In this document: piece after piece, positions 46,918 to 56,933 of the stretch
How the letters are laid out: every line of letters begins with the position of its first letter
Numbering within the stretch: position 1 is the first letter of the stretch
Source: Nanobdellota archaeon
Lineage (GTDB): Archaea; Nanobdellota; Nanobdellia; Pacearchaeales; GW2011-AR1
Reading direction: 5' to 3'
DNA: 64,000 nucleotides
Assembly (NCBI GenBank): GCA_038045945.1
Contig: JBBSXC010000001.1
Coordinates: forward strand, 52,592 to 116,591
Made by a program: the position numbers and the translations under genes
Notes under the pieces: model-generated
The model's database searches: none
Seen by the model: the letters and a program-made list of their open reading frames with translations, nothing else
What the model was told of the DNA's origin: nothing

Positions 46918-48216
46918 ATGGCTGATTTTAAGTTTAATTTTGGTGATTTTGTTAAGATTAAGGATAATAATGAATTTTTAGAGGGCGTTATACTTGAGAG
47001 TCCTGATAGCGAGTTTTATTTGTTGAAGCTTAATAGTGGTTATAATATTGGTGTTAGAAAAGAGAATATTGTTTCAATAGAGGTCGTTAATAGGAGGGTT
47101 GTGGAAAAAGTTGTTGATGTTAAGAAAAGTGTTGATAGTGGTCTTCCTAAAGTTGATATTATTATGACAGGTGGCACTATTAGTAGTCGTCTTGATTATA
47201 GAACTGGTGGTGTTACTAGTCTTACAAGCCCAGAGGACTTTTTTCGTTTTTACCCAGAAATTTTTAAGATTGCGAGCGTTAATAGGGTTGTTGTTCCTTT
47301 CATGAAGTTGTCAGAGAACATGGAGATTAAAGATTGGAAGATTATTGGTGAAGAAGTTGAGAAGAGTATGAATAATCCTGAGGTTGATGGTGTTATTGTT
47401 ACTCATGGTACTGATATTTTACATTATACTTCTTCTGCTTTATCTTTTTTCTTTCCTAAGCCTAATAAGCCTGTAGTTTTGACTTTTAGTCAGAAGAGTA
47501 CTGATAGGGCTTCTTCTGATGCTTCTTTGAATTTGCAGTGTGCTGCTAGACTTGCAGTATCAAATATTGCCGAGGTTGTTATTGTTGGTCATTCTAGTAC
47601 TAATGATGATTTTTGTTATGCTCTTCTGGGAACTAAGGTTAGGAAGATGCATTCTACTTCTAGAGATGCTTTCAAACCTGTGAATATTGATCCTTTAGTT
47701 AAGGTTTATTCTGATAGGATTGAGAAGTTGAATTATTTTAGAGAGAGACCTTCTAAGTCTGATAAGAGTGAAAAATTAAAGGGCGATATATTTATTAGTG
47801 AAAAGGTTGGCCTAATAAAGTTTTATCCTGGTCAAAGTTTTGAGATACTTGATTATTATTCTAAGATTTGTGAAGCTTTAATAATTGAAGGTGTTGGCGT
47901 TGGTAATGTTCCTGTTGAGGGTAATAATTCTTGGATTCCTTCTATTAAGAAGGCTATTAATAATGGTATGATGATTTTTATGACTTCTCAGACTGTTTTT
48001 GGTAGGACAGAGCCTTATGTTTATTCTACGGCTAGAGATTTGCAAAAAGCTGGCGTGATTTTTTTAGAGGATATGTTGAGTGAGGCTGCTTTTGTTAAGC
48101 TTTCTTGGGTTCTTGGTAATAAGAATTGGAATAAGGATAAAGAAACTATTAAGAAGAAGATGCTTGAGAATGTTAGTGGTGAGATTAATAATAGATTGCA
48201 GTTAAGGGGGGATTAG
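46918..48216 (+). CDS. gatD: Glu-tRNA(Gln) amidotransferase subunit D
   Basis: asparaginase-type DIIMTGGTISS motif, VVTHGTDIL, 432 aa with N-terminal extra domain typical of GatD. Confidence 0.85.
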   Translation: MADFKFNFGDFVKIKDNNEFLEGVILESPDSEFYLLKLNSGYNIGVRKENIVSIEVVNRRVVEKVVDVKKSVDSGLPKVDIIMTGGTISSRLDYRTGGVTSLTSPEDFFRFYPEIFKIASVNRVVVPFMKLSENMEIKDWKIIGEEVEKSMNNPEVDGVIVTHGTDILHYTSSALSFFFPKPNKPVVLTFSQKSTDRASSDASLNLQCAARLAVSNIAEVVIVGHSSTNDDFCYALLGTKVRKMHSTSRDAFKPVNIDPLVKVYSDRIEKLNYFRERPSKSDKSEKLKGDIFISEKVGLIKFYPGQSFEILDYYSKICEALIIEGVGVGNVPVEGNNSWIPSIKKAINNGMMIFMTSQTVFGRTEPYVYSTARDLQKAGVIFLEDMLSEAAFVKLSWVLGNKNWNKDKETIKKKMLENVSGEINNRLQLRGD

Positions 48217-48218
48217 TT

Positions 48219-48758
48219 ATGTCTGTTAAGATTACTTATTTTGTTCATGGTACAACCACGGATAATGAGGAGGGGCTTTCTACTGGCCAAAATGATGGAG
48301 AGTTATCTGAACTTGGAGTAAAACAATCAAAGGATTTGCCAGGACAAGTAAAAGATAAGTCTTTTGTTGAAGTATTCTCCTCTGATTTAAGGAGGGCTAT
48401 TGATTCTTCAGAGATTTCTTTTGGTGAGAATCGCCAGATAAGAATTGATGTGAGATTAAGAGAGTGTGATTATGGCAAGCTTAATGGGTCTAAGGAAGAA
48501 AAAGTTGATTATTCAGAACACATTGATAACCCATTTCCTGATGGAGAATGCTTAAAGGATGTTGAGGAAAGAATGAGGAACTTTTTAAAATTCTTGAAAA
48601 GAAATTATTCTGGTAAACATATAGCGATTGTAGCTCATAAGGCACCACAATTAGCTTTGGAAGTTTTAACAAATAATAAGACCTGGAAGGAAGCCATTGA
48701 GCAAGATTGGAGAAAAGTTGGTAAGTGGCAACCAGGATGGATTTATACTGTTAAATAA
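48219..48758 (+). CDS. histidine phosphatase (phosphoglycerate mutase-like) family protein, non-canonical RHG motif
   Basis: ITYFVHGTTTDNE (His retained, Arg replaced by Val), SSDLRRAIDS; C-terminal AHKAP. Confidence 0.6.
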   Translation: MSVKITYFVHGTTTDNEEGLSTGQNDGELSELGVKQSKDLPGQVKDKSFVEVFSSDLRRAIDSSEISFGENRQIRIDVRLRECDYGKLNGSKEEKVDYSEHIDNPFPDGECLKDVEERMRNFLKFLKRNYSGKHIAIVAHKAPQLALEVLTNNKTWKEAIEQDWRKVGKWQPGWIYTVK

Positions 48759-48770
48759 TTTTATTAGATT

Positions 48771-49457
48771 TTAAGCTAAGGGCGTTATTGTTTTTCCAGC
48801 GAACATTACTAAGAATATTACTGCTAATACTAATAATGCTAGCGGTATTATTATTAGTGCTAGGAATGCTTTCATCTTGGTCATTTTTTGGTATTTTGCT
48901 AGTGCTGCTATTTCGAAGTAGAATACGTGTATTATTTGTATTATGAAAACTATCATTAGTCCTATGTATTCTGGACTTGTGTATGCGTCTGTTATTTGGC
49001 TTGACCCTACTCTTAGTATTAGTGCTGCGCTTAGTATTGATGTTATTATTCCATAAGGCATCCCTAAAACCGCTCCGTACGTTGATGGTTTGTATGTGTT
49101 AAAGTATCCTTGTTTTCCTCCAAATATTAGTACCCCTAAGTGTATTATTCCTGCGAATATGAATGGTGTTACAAATGAGAATATTAATCCTGATAATAAA
49201 TTGAGTATCATTCCGCCTGTGCTTGTTGGGTTATTGCTTCTTAGTATCAGTGCTGTTATTATCGTGCTTAGTATTGTTATCCACACGTATGTTTTTACGT
49301 AGAAGAACATTATTCCCTGGTAGTCTTTTTCTTCGTTCATTGATTCAGCGAACTTTTTAGGGTGGAAGAATAATTTTGAGAATTTAGAAAAGTATCCACT
49401 TATGCCTTTAGCACCTTGGACTTTATTGCCTCTTTCTTTAGCCATTAAAAGAGTCAC
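48771..49457 (-). CDS. Yip1-like multi-TM membrane protein
   Basis: 5 TM helices, soluble N-terminus. Confidence 0.45.
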   Translation of the reverse strand: MTLLMAKERGNKVQGAKGISGYFSKFSKLFFHPKKFAESMNEEKDYQGIMFFYVKTYVWITILSTIITALILRSNNPTSTGGMILNLLSGLIFSFVTPFIFAGIIHLGVLIFGGKQGYFNTYKPSTYGAVLGMPYGIITSILSAALILRVGSSQITDAYTSPEYIGLMIVFIIQIIHVFYFEIAALAKYQKMTKMKAFLALIIIPLALLVLAVIFLVMFAGKTITPLA

Positions 49458-49559
49458 ACAAAAAGCATTAATAAAGGTTATCAGAGAAACAATAAGCGTA
49501 GTAACTACTTATTAGTTACAAAAAGAAAGGTTTTTAAAGGAAAATGCCTGTTTATTTTA

Positions 49560-50702
49560 ATGACAGACCTAAATAAAAGCCATAGGATTATGGGCACGAT
49601 TATATATGGACTTGAAAGAGGAGTGGAAGGTAAAGAAGGATTCGAAGCATCTTTATCAAGACTTCATCTAGCCTTACTGAGCGGCCATAAACCCGAGTAT
49701 AGCTCCAAATCAGATTTTGTTAATGGAATTGTTGCTGACATGGAAAAATATTGTGGACTAGTTAAGGCTAGAAGAAATATCGTTGTTGAGGGCTCTAGCA
49801 GAGAGATGGCTACTGAAACTGAAGCACTAGAAAGCTTGAAGTATGCTGTTAAGATCGCTAAAGATTACTTAACGCCTTTTATGAGAAGGAGATTTGATTT
49901 TTCTGATAAGGTTTTTCACGATATCCATGACCTGGGAATAGCCTATGTAAACGCTGTAACTGACAGTGCTTCAGAAGAGTATATTCCTCGTGAAGCAACT
50001 GTTGATGCTAAATTAAGATCAACTAATCTTGCTAAGCAAGCTTCAAGAACGAGGAGAACTTATGCAGCAGACCATGTAAAGAAGGCAGATTTAGAAGACA
50101 CATTGTCAGTTTTGTCTGATTCAGTTTCAAAGAATACCACTGAATCTTATATGAGGCCTTATGAAAATGTTGTTGTTACTCCTAAGAAAGTTTCTAAAAA
50201 AAGAAAGTTTACTGATAGGTTGATTGATGGACTAACTACAAGCTTAGGTACCGCTGAGAAATTAGAGTTTGTTCCAGATGTTATATTCCCTATAGCTACA
50301 GGTGGCGTGGAGTTAGGTATCGATGTCGCCATTGTTTATGAAAATTTTGGTTTTGACCCAATTGTTTATCCTGTAATGTTCTCTATGAAAACTAGAAAGC
50401 ATAGGCACCCTTGGACTGCAAATGATGAAGAATTTTTAAGAACTAGAAATCATGAGGGAGAAAAGTTTTTAATAACTGAAGACTGGGTTACAACTGGTAA
50501 CACTGTTAGAGGAGTAATAAACGAATTAGAATCCAGTTTTCCTAAAGAAATAAGAGTGGCTACAATAAAGAGAGATCCAAAAATATCTAGAATGCCTATA
50601 CTTGATAAATACAGATTCTATGTTGGCCAGTGGATCCCTTATAGAGGAAGCAAAACCGATTCAATAGCGGATCAGGCAGCACCTGAAAGTAAGTCTGAGT
50701 AG
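49560..50702 (+). CDS. two-domain protein with C-terminal type I phosphoribosyltransferase (PRTase) fold
   Basis: KFLITEDWVTTGNTVRGV matches PRPP-binding motif (VLIVDDVLTTGGT); N-terminal ~220 aa unassigned. Confidence 0.5.
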   Translation: MTDLNKSHRIMGTIIYGLERGVEGKEGFEASLSRLHLALLSGHKPEYSSKSDFVNGIVADMEKYCGLVKARRNIVVEGSSREMATETEALESLKYAVKIAKDYLTPFMRRRFDFSDKVFHDIHDLGIAYVNAVTDSASEEYIPREATVDAKLRSTNLAKQASRTRRTYAADHVKKADLEDTLSVLSDSVSKNTTESYMRPYENVVVTPKKVSKKRKFTDRLIDGLTTSLGTAEKLEFVPDVIFPIATGGVELGIDVAIVYENFGFDPIVYPVMFSMKTRKHRHPWTANDEEFLRTRNHEGEKFLITEDWVTTGNTVRGVINELESSFPKEIRVATIKRDPKISRMPILDKYRFYVGQWIPYRGSKTDSIADQAAPESKSE

Positions 50703-50759
50703 ACTTTAGTTTTTCCTCTTTTACTAAACCTTTAATAATCTCTTTGTTTTCTTTTTTTT

Positions 50760-52271
50760 ATGTCTAAAAAAGTTCCGAAGGATAAGAAGGTTTTAGAAGA
50801 AGCTGAGGAGAAAAAAGTTTTTGATAATGATGACTTAGTTCTTGATATGAAGTGTGGTATTGAGATTCATCAGCAGCTTAATACTAATAAATTGTTTTGC
50901 AATTGTCCTTCTGTTCTTCGTGCGGATAATCCTGATTTTAAAGTTATGAGGAAGTTACACTTGGTTGCTGGTGAGGGTGGCGTTGTTGATGCTGCTGCTG
51001 TTCATGAATCCAGTAAAGAAAAAACTTTTTTTTATGAGGGTTATAAGGATAATACTTGTCTTGTTGATTTGGATGAGGAGCCCCCTCATGATATTAATAA
51101 GGATGCTCTTAAGACTGGAGTACAAGTTGCACTCATGCTTAATTGTGAAATTTTACCTTTAACTCAGATTATGCGTAAGACTGTTATTGATGGTAGTAAT
51201 ACTAGCGGTTTTCAAAGGACTGTTCTTATTGCTAGAAATGGTTATGTTCAGACTGATAGCGGCAAGGTTAGGATTGATTCTGTTTGTTTAGAGGAGGATT
51301 CTTCAAGAACTATTAGCGAGGATAAGGGTGTTAAGATTTATCGTCTTGATAGGTTAGGCATTCCGCTTGTTGAGATTGCTACAGCTCCTGATATTAAGTC
51401 TCCAGAACAGGCTAAGGAAGTTGCTTTGTTTATTGGTGATATTTTGCGTTCTTCTAATGTTAAGCGAGGTATCGGTACTATTCGTCAGGATGTTAATGTT
51501 TCTGCTTGTGTTAATGGTTTGTGGGGTAGTCGTGTTGAGATTAAGGGTGTTCAGGATCCTTCACTTATAGAAAAATCTGCGAGTATTGAGGTTGATAGAC
51601 AGAAGACTTTGATTCTTGAGGGAAAATCTGTTGGTGAGGTAAGGAAAGCTAATGAGGATGGTACTAGTGATTTTTTAAGGCCTATGCCAGGTGCTGCTAG
51701 GATGTATCCTGAAACTGATCTTCCTCTTTTAAGGATTACTAGAGAAGAAATTAATGATTCTAAGAAGACTCTTCCTAAGCTTAAGTCTGCTATTAAGGGT
51801 GAACTTAGTAGTGCTGGTCTTAGTGATGAGATGATTAAGCTCGTTCTTGATAATAATAAGATTTCTGATTTGCAAGAATTACTTAAGGTTTATCAGAATC
51901 CTAATCTTATTGCTAAAATGCTTGTTTTGTGGCCTAGTGAAATTAGTAAGAAGACTAACGAAAAGTTAGATTCTTTGGATAAGAAGTTAACTCTTGATGT
52001 TTTAGAAACTGTTCTTTTTGCTATTAATACTAAGAAGCTTGATGAGAGTAACGCTAAAGAAGCCATTAGTAGGATTGTTTCGGGTATTCCTGTTAAGGAT
52101 GCTATAATTTTCCATAAGACTGAGAACTTGGAAGAGTTGATTATGAAAATTGTTAATTCTAAGCCAGGTCTTTCTAAGCAAGGTTATATGGGTTTGGTTA
52201 TGGCTCAGCTTAGGGGTAAGGCTTCTGGTAAAGAAGTTATGGATGTTCTTAACACTTTAATAAAAGATTAA
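50760..52271 (+). CDS. gatE: Glu-tRNA(Gln) amidotransferase subunit E
   Basis: MKCGIEIHQQLNTNKLFCNCPS (GatE-type G-x-EIHQQL...KLFC), AspRS-like insertion, C-terminal GatB/YqeY-like tail. Confidence 0.8.
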   Translation: MSKKVPKDKKVLEEAEEKKVFDNDDLVLDMKCGIEIHQQLNTNKLFCNCPSVLRADNPDFKVMRKLHLVAGEGGVVDAAAVHESSKEKTFFYEGYKDNTCLVDLDEEPPHDINKDALKTGVQVALMLNCEILPLTQIMRKTVIDGSNTSGFQRTVLIARNGYVQTDSGKVRIDSVCLEEDSSRTISEDKGVKIYRLDRLGIPLVEIATAPDIKSPEQAKEVALFIGDILRSSNVKRGIGTIRQDVNVSACVNGLWGSRVEIKGVQDPSLIEKSASIEVDRQKTLILEGKSVGEVRKANEDGTSDFLRPMPGAARMYPETDLPLLRITREEINDSKKTLPKLKSAIKGELSSAGLSDEMIKLVLDNNKISDLQELLKVYQNPNLIAKMLVLWPSEISKKTNEKLDSLDKKLTLDVLETVLFAINTKKLDESNAKEAISRIVSGIPVKDAIIFHKTENLEELIMKIVNSKPGLSKQGYMGLVMAQLRGKASGKEVMDVLNTLIKD

Positions 52272-52307
52272 ACAACACCCAACTATTTTTTTAGTGAAGT
52301 GTTGTTG
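52272..52307 (+). terminator. hairpin (aacaacac-N20-gtgttgtt) immediately after gatE stop
   Basis: 8-bp inverted repeat with T-rich loop starting 1 nt after the TAA. Confidence 0.4.
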
Positions 52308-52534
52308 AAAGAAAATAAGATACTAAGAACACTAACATCCCTAGTATTATAAGTGCTGATGCTATAGTTTTTGCTGTGAAGAAGCGAAATTCTTTTTGAC
52401 TCATAAATTAGTAATGTTTAAACTTCTATAAAAATAGTTGTGGTCTAAAAAAATACAAAAATTGAAACGTAACAAAAATACTTTTTTTTGAGATACAACA
52501 AAGATTAATAAATATGGTTCACTAATATTTTTTT

Positions 52535-52942
52535 ATGCCTAAGCTTAATCGACCTATTCATTTTGAGATTCAGGGTGAGAATCCTGAAAAACTTGCTAAG
52601 TTTTATTCTGATGTTTTTGGTTGGGTTATTAAGAAGTGGGATAGTCCTGATATGGATTATTGGATGATTATGACTGATGATAAGGATAGTAATAATCCTG
52701 GTATTAATGGCGGTCTTCTTAAGAGGCCTTGTCCTGCTCCTGCTTTAGAACAAGGCACTAATGCTTTTACTTGTACTATGAATGTTGAAAGCGTTGATGA
52801 TATGATTAAGAAGGTCGTTAAGCATGGTGGTAAGATTGCTATGCCTAAGTTTGCTATTGCTGATATGGCCTGGCAAGCTTACTGTGTTGATCCGGAGAAT
52901 AATGTTTTTGGTCTTCATGAAGAATTCAAAAAGGTTAAGTGA
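52535..52942 (+). CDS. VOC-family (glyoxalase/bleomycin-resistance) protein
   Basis: IHFEIQGENPEKLAKFYSDVFGW, GINGGLLKR. Confidence 0.7.
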   Translation: MPKLNRPIHFEIQGENPEKLAKFYSDVFGWVIKKWDSPDMDYWMIMTDDKDSNNPGINGGLLKRPCPAPALEQGTNAFTCTMNVESVDDMIKKVVKHGGKIAMPKFAIADMAWQAYCVDPENNVFGLHEEFKKVK

Positions 52943-52987
52943 TTCTGCTACAATAATATTTTTAAGCTAGCTTTGCAGTGATTAATT

Positions 52988-53347
52988 ATGATAGCGCTTT
53001 ATGATCCTTTGAAGAAGGAGTTAGGATTCTATATTGATGAAAAAAGAGAATCTGCCAGGTCATATCTTGAGGGTCCATTAATTGTTAAAGGAATGGAGAA
53101 TGATGGAGTTTTAAGAAGAGCCGCAATAAGTTTTCCTCGTGATGCTATGTATAGCGAATTTCAAACTAATTCAGAATTTTTTTCTGACAAGCCTCGCGAA
53201 CTAACTCAGGTAAGTCTTACATTAACTCCTTGGGCTAGAACAAGACTTGATGAAAAAAAGGCGATTATTCCAGTGAAAAATCCGGGTATAGAGGTGATTG
53301 TTAGTTTAGAGCCTGATATGAGTTTATTATCATCATCTGCCGCTTAA
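52988..53347 (+). CDS. hypothetical protein
   Basis: 119 aa. Confidence 0.35.
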   Translation: MIALYDPLKKELGFYIDEKRESARSYLEGPLIVKGMENDGVLRRAAISFPRDAMYSEFQTNSEFFSDKPRELTQVSLTLTPWARTRLDEKKAIIPVKNPGIEVIVSLEPDMSLLSSSAA

Positions 53348-53412
53348 GGGGCAGGCTAGTAATAATTCTTAAATCATAATCTTAATAAACCCGTTCTTGT
53401 AATATTATAACT

Positions 53413-54687
53413 ATGGAAAGAAAAATGATTAGCGATTTGAAGGAGGGCGAGCATTCTTTGATTAAGGGTTGGGTTCATGAAATTCGTGATTTGTCTAAGA
53501 TGAAGTTTATTCTACTTAGGGATTCTTCGGGTATTGTCCAGTGCATTATTAAGGATGATAAGTTGATGAAGGATTCTTCTAGCATTAGTTTGGAGAGCGT
53601 TATTGAGATTGAAGGAGCGGTGAATAAGGCTTCTGTTAAGGCTGATCTTGCTCGTAAAGATGTTGAACTTCATGCTAAGTCTATTAAGATTCTTAGTTTG
53701 GCTGAAACTTTACCTATTCAAGTTAATGAAAAAACAATAACTACTGAATTACCAACAAGGCTTGATCATCGTTCTTTAGATGTTAGGAAGCCTAAAATTT
53801 CAGCTATTTTTAAGATTCAGAGTGAAATAGCTAATTCTTTCAGAAAGTTTTTTTATAAGAATGGTTTTACTGAGATTCAACCACCTTTTATTATTGGAGC
53901 AGCAAGCGAGGGTGGAAGTGAAGTTTTTGAGGTTAAATATTTTGATAAGAAGGCTTACTTAGCTCAAAGTCCTCAATTGTATAAACAAATGATGGCTTGT
54001 GCTTTTGAGAAAGTTTTTGCTTTAGGCCCTGCTTGGAGAGCAGAGAAGCATAATACTACTAGACACATTAATGAGATAAGGCAAATGGATGTAGAAGTAG
54101 CCTTCACCGACCAAATGCAAATAATGAAGTTGCAAGAGGAGGTTTTACAATTCATAATTCAGAACGTTAAAGAAAGATGTTCAAGAGAACTAGAAATATT
54201 GGGAAGAAGTGATATAAAAGCTCCTAAGGGTGTATACTTACATTATGAGGATGCTATTAAGAAGTCTGGTGGAAAAATTGGTGAGGATTTTACTCCTGAA
54301 CAGGAAAGGAAGCTTTGTGACATGTACCCTGGGGACATAGTGTTTACTCATTCTTGGCCTACAAGCATTAAAGTTTTTTATATAATGCCTAAGGATGGTA
54401 AGAAGAATGCTACTGAAAGTTGTGGTTTTGATTCTTTGTATGGCGGCGTTGAGATTTCTAGTGGTGGTCAACGTATTCACATTCCAGAATTATTAATTGA
54501 TAGGATTAAAGCTAAGGGTTTGAACCCTAAAGATTTTAAAACTTATATTGATAGTTTCCGTTACGGTGCTCCACCTCATAGCGGTTGGGCTTTAGGTCTT
54601 GAAAGACTTACCCAAATGATTTGCGGTCTTGATAATATTAAAGAAGCAACATTATTCCCTAGAGACAGGGATAGGTTGACACCTTAG
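53413..54687 (+). CDS. aspS: aspartyl-tRNA synthetase, archaeal type
   Basis: OB-fold N-terminus, class IIb motifs FRAEKHNTTRHINE, GGVEISSGGQRIH, C-terminal FPRDRDRLTP. Confidence 0.85.
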   Translation: MERKMISDLKEGEHSLIKGWVHEIRDLSKMKFILLRDSSGIVQCIIKDDKLMKDSSSISLESVIEIEGAVNKASVKADLARKDVELHAKSIKILSLAETLPIQVNEKTITTELPTRLDHRSLDVRKPKISAIFKIQSEIANSFRKFFYKNGFTEIQPPFIIGAASEGGSEVFEVKYFDKKAYLAQSPQLYKQMMACAFEKVFALGPAWRAEKHNTTRHINEIRQMDVEVAFTDQMQIMKLQEEVLQFIIQNVKERCSRELEILGRSDIKAPKGVYLHYEDAIKKSGGKIGEDFTPEQERKLCDMYPGDIVFTHSWPTSIKVFYIMPKDGKKNATESCGFDSLYGGVEISSGGQRIHIPELLIDRIKAKGLNPKDFKTYIDSFRYGAPPHSGWALGLERLTQMICGLDNIKEATLFPRDRDRLTP

Positions 54688-54691
54688 AACC

Positions 54692-56026
54692 ATGGTTAAA
54701 AAAGTAGAAAAAGTTTCTGTTGATACTCACAGCGAATCATTCATTAGTATTTCTGATGCTATCAAGCAAGGTTCTGGTCGTGTTTCTATTAGAGGTTGGG
54801 TTTATCGTGAGAGGGATGGAAAAGAATTAAGATTCATAGTCCTAAGAGACTCAAGTAATATAATACAGTGCGTGTTGAAAAAGGAAAAGTTTGAAAAACA
54901 ATGGGGAGAGATAAGTAAAATAGGAATTGAAAGCTCACTAGAAATAGTTGGGGAAATAAAAGCAGACGCTCGAGCACCAACAGGTTACGAAATATCAGCA
55001 GAAAAAATAATAATAGTGCAAATAGCTGAGGATTTCCCCATTAACAAAGATTTGAACGAGGAGTTGCTTGGAGACAGAAGGCATTTGTGGCTTCGTAGTA
55101 GAAAGATGACTTCTATTATGAAGATTAGAAGCAGGTATATACAGGCTAGAGAAGCATTCTTTCATAAAGAGGGATTTTATCGTTTTGATACTCCTATACT
55201 TCAACCAACACAAAGCGAAGGTGGAAGTACAGTTTTTGAAGTAAAATATTATGATAAAAAAACGTTTTTAGCCCAAACATGGCAGTTATACGGCGAATCA
55301 GCAATTTTCGCTCTTGAAAAAGTTTACAATATGGGTCCAACTTTCAGGGCTGAGAAGAGTAATACTTCAAGACATTTATCTGAATTTTGGATGGCAGAAG
55401 TAGAAGTGGCCTGGTGGGGTCTTAAAGAAATATCTGAGTTTGCAAAAAAAGAATTAAAACATTGTATAAGCATAGTGGTAAAAGAATGTGAGGAAGAGTT
55501 TAAGATATTAGGAGTGGATGCAAAAAAATTGTTAGAGATGACAAAGAAAGAGTGGCCTACAATTAAGTATCGTGATGCACTAAAATTAATAAAAGAAAAA
55601 GATGGGATGACAGTACCGTTCGGCAAGGATTTAAGGACAATTGAAGAACAAACAATAATGAAACATTTTGATACTCCTGTTGTTGTTACTCATTATCCTA
55701 AAGAAATAATGGCTTTTTATAAGCCGAGTGACCCAAAAAGTCCTGATGAAGCATTATGCTTTGATATGTTAGCTCCACAGATAGGCATAGAGATAGTTGG
55801 AGGAAGCCAAAGAGACTTGAATGTTGAGGAGATGTCAAAAAAACTAAAAGCTGATGGTGAAGACCCAAAAAATTATCAGTTTTATTTTGATACTAGGAAG
55901 TATGGAAGTGTGCCTCATTCAGGATACGGAGTAGGAATCGAGAGGGTAATACAGTGGATTTGTGGTCTTGAAAGTATTAAGGATGCTATTGCCTTCCCTA
56001 GGACTATGAATAGGACAACTCCTTAA
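54692..56026 (+). CDS. asnS: asparaginyl-tRNA synthetase
   Basis: FRAEKSNTSRHLSEFWMAEVEVAW (AsnRS-specific SNTSRHL.EFWM), C-terminal FPRTMNRTTP. Confidence 0.85.
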   Translation: MVKKVEKVSVDTHSESFISISDAIKQGSGRVSIRGWVYRERDGKELRFIVLRDSSNIIQCVLKKEKFEKQWGEISKIGIESSLEIVGEIKADARAPTGYEISAEKIIIVQIAEDFPINKDLNEELLGDRRHLWLRSRKMTSIMKIRSRYIQAREAFFHKEGFYRFDTPILQPTQSEGGSTVFEVKYYDKKTFLAQTWQLYGESAIFALEKVYNMGPTFRAEKSNTSRHLSEFWMAEVEVAWWGLKEISEFAKKELKHCISIVVKECEEEFKILGVDAKKLLEMTKKEWPTIKYRDALKLIKEKDGMTVPFGKDLRTIEEQTIMKHFDTPVVVTHYPKEIMAFYKPSDPKSPDEALCFDMLAPQIGIEIVGGSQRDLNVEEMSKKLKADGEDPKNYQFYFDTRKYGSVPHSGYGVGIERVIQWICGLESIKDAIAFPRTMNRTTP

Positions 56027-56129
56027 ATAATTGCGATAATTACTAAAAAGATTATGAGTGCGCCTTAATGATTGATCAGTATAGTTTGTTTCAGCAATTC
56101 TTAAATAACGTTCTAACAACTAATTTTTT

Positions 56130-56933
56130 ATGAAGAGACGTTATTTTCCTTTGACTCGTGGTAAAAGGTTGAGGGAAGCAAATTTTGATTCCACTTGGGA
56201 TAGTTATCTTAAAGGTAGAAGCGATTATGATCGTAATGCTTTGGTAGAGCATTATATGCCTTTAGTTGATGATGTTATTAATTCTTTAATTAGGACTTTG
56301 CCCCCTTATATTGATGTTCAAGAGTTGTCAGGTCCTGGGAATATGGGTCTTCTTCAAGCAGTTATTAATTGTGATTCTAAAAAACTAACAGTTTTTGATC
56401 ATTATGCTAGGAAGAGAATAAAGGGTTCTGTTCTTGATCATTTGAGAAGTTTAGACTTTATGCCTAGGACTAGAAGAATATTTTTGAAGAAGTCAAAGAA
56501 GGCTGAGTTAAATCTCAATAATAAGCTTGGTAGAAAATGCACTGATGAGGAATTATGTAAATATATGGGTATGAGTTATGATGATTATTATAAGAAGATG
56601 TCTGAGGCTCGCGAAGTTGAGAGTTTGGAGTATGATGATTTTGGTACAGAAACAGCCTCTAATGATTTGAGAAGAAGGAGACTTTTATTAGAAGATTTAG
56701 ATTTAGATCCTCAAATAGCAACTACTCTAAGAGAAGTTTCTAGTATAGCCAGGGATAATCTTTCTGATGAAGATTATAAGATGCTAACTTTAAGAATGGA
56801 GAATAGAGGTAATGAGGAGATAGGTATAAGTATTCGTGGTTTAGCTCCTTCCACAATTTGTGCTAGATTAAGAAAAGCGGTTTATCCTTGTATTAAGGAG
56901 AAATTGGGTGAAGGTTATGAAGAAGCAGCATAA
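56130..56933 (+). CDS. sigma-70 family RNA polymerase sigma factor, FliA/sigma-28-like (bacterial type)
   Basis: region 2: ALVEHYMPLVDDVINSLIRTLPPYIDVQELSGPGNMGLLQAVINCD...FDHYARKRIKGSVLDHLRSLDFMPRTRR aligns position-by-position with E. coli FliA (YVPLVRHEALRL..LPASVELDDLLQAGGIGLLNAVERYD...[28 protein letters not shown]); region 4 LSDEDYKMLTLRMENRGNEEIGISIRGLAPSTICARLRKAV. Confidence 0.8.
   Translation: MKRRYFPLTRGKRLREANFDSTWDSYLKGRSDYDRNALVEHYMPLVDDVINSLIRTLPPYIDVQELSGPGNMGLLQAVINCDSKKLTVFDHYARKRIKGSVLDHLRSLDFMPRTRRIFLKKSKKAELNLNNKLGRKCTDEELCKYMGMSYDDYYKKMSEAREVESLEYDDFGTETASNDLRRRRLLLEDLDLDPQIATTLREVSSIARDNLSDEDYKMLTLRMENRGNEEIGISIRGLAPSTICARLRKAVYPCIKEKLGEGYEEAA

Noticed and set aside
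52295-52408. 37-aa minus-strand small ORF (MSQKEFRFFTAKTIASALIILGMLVFLVSYFLSTTLH) in the gatE to VOC spacer
   Set aside because: A single TM-helix peptide is plausible, but the spacer is A/T-rich and such ORFs arise by chance. No coupling or RBS evidence was seen. Not reported as a feature.
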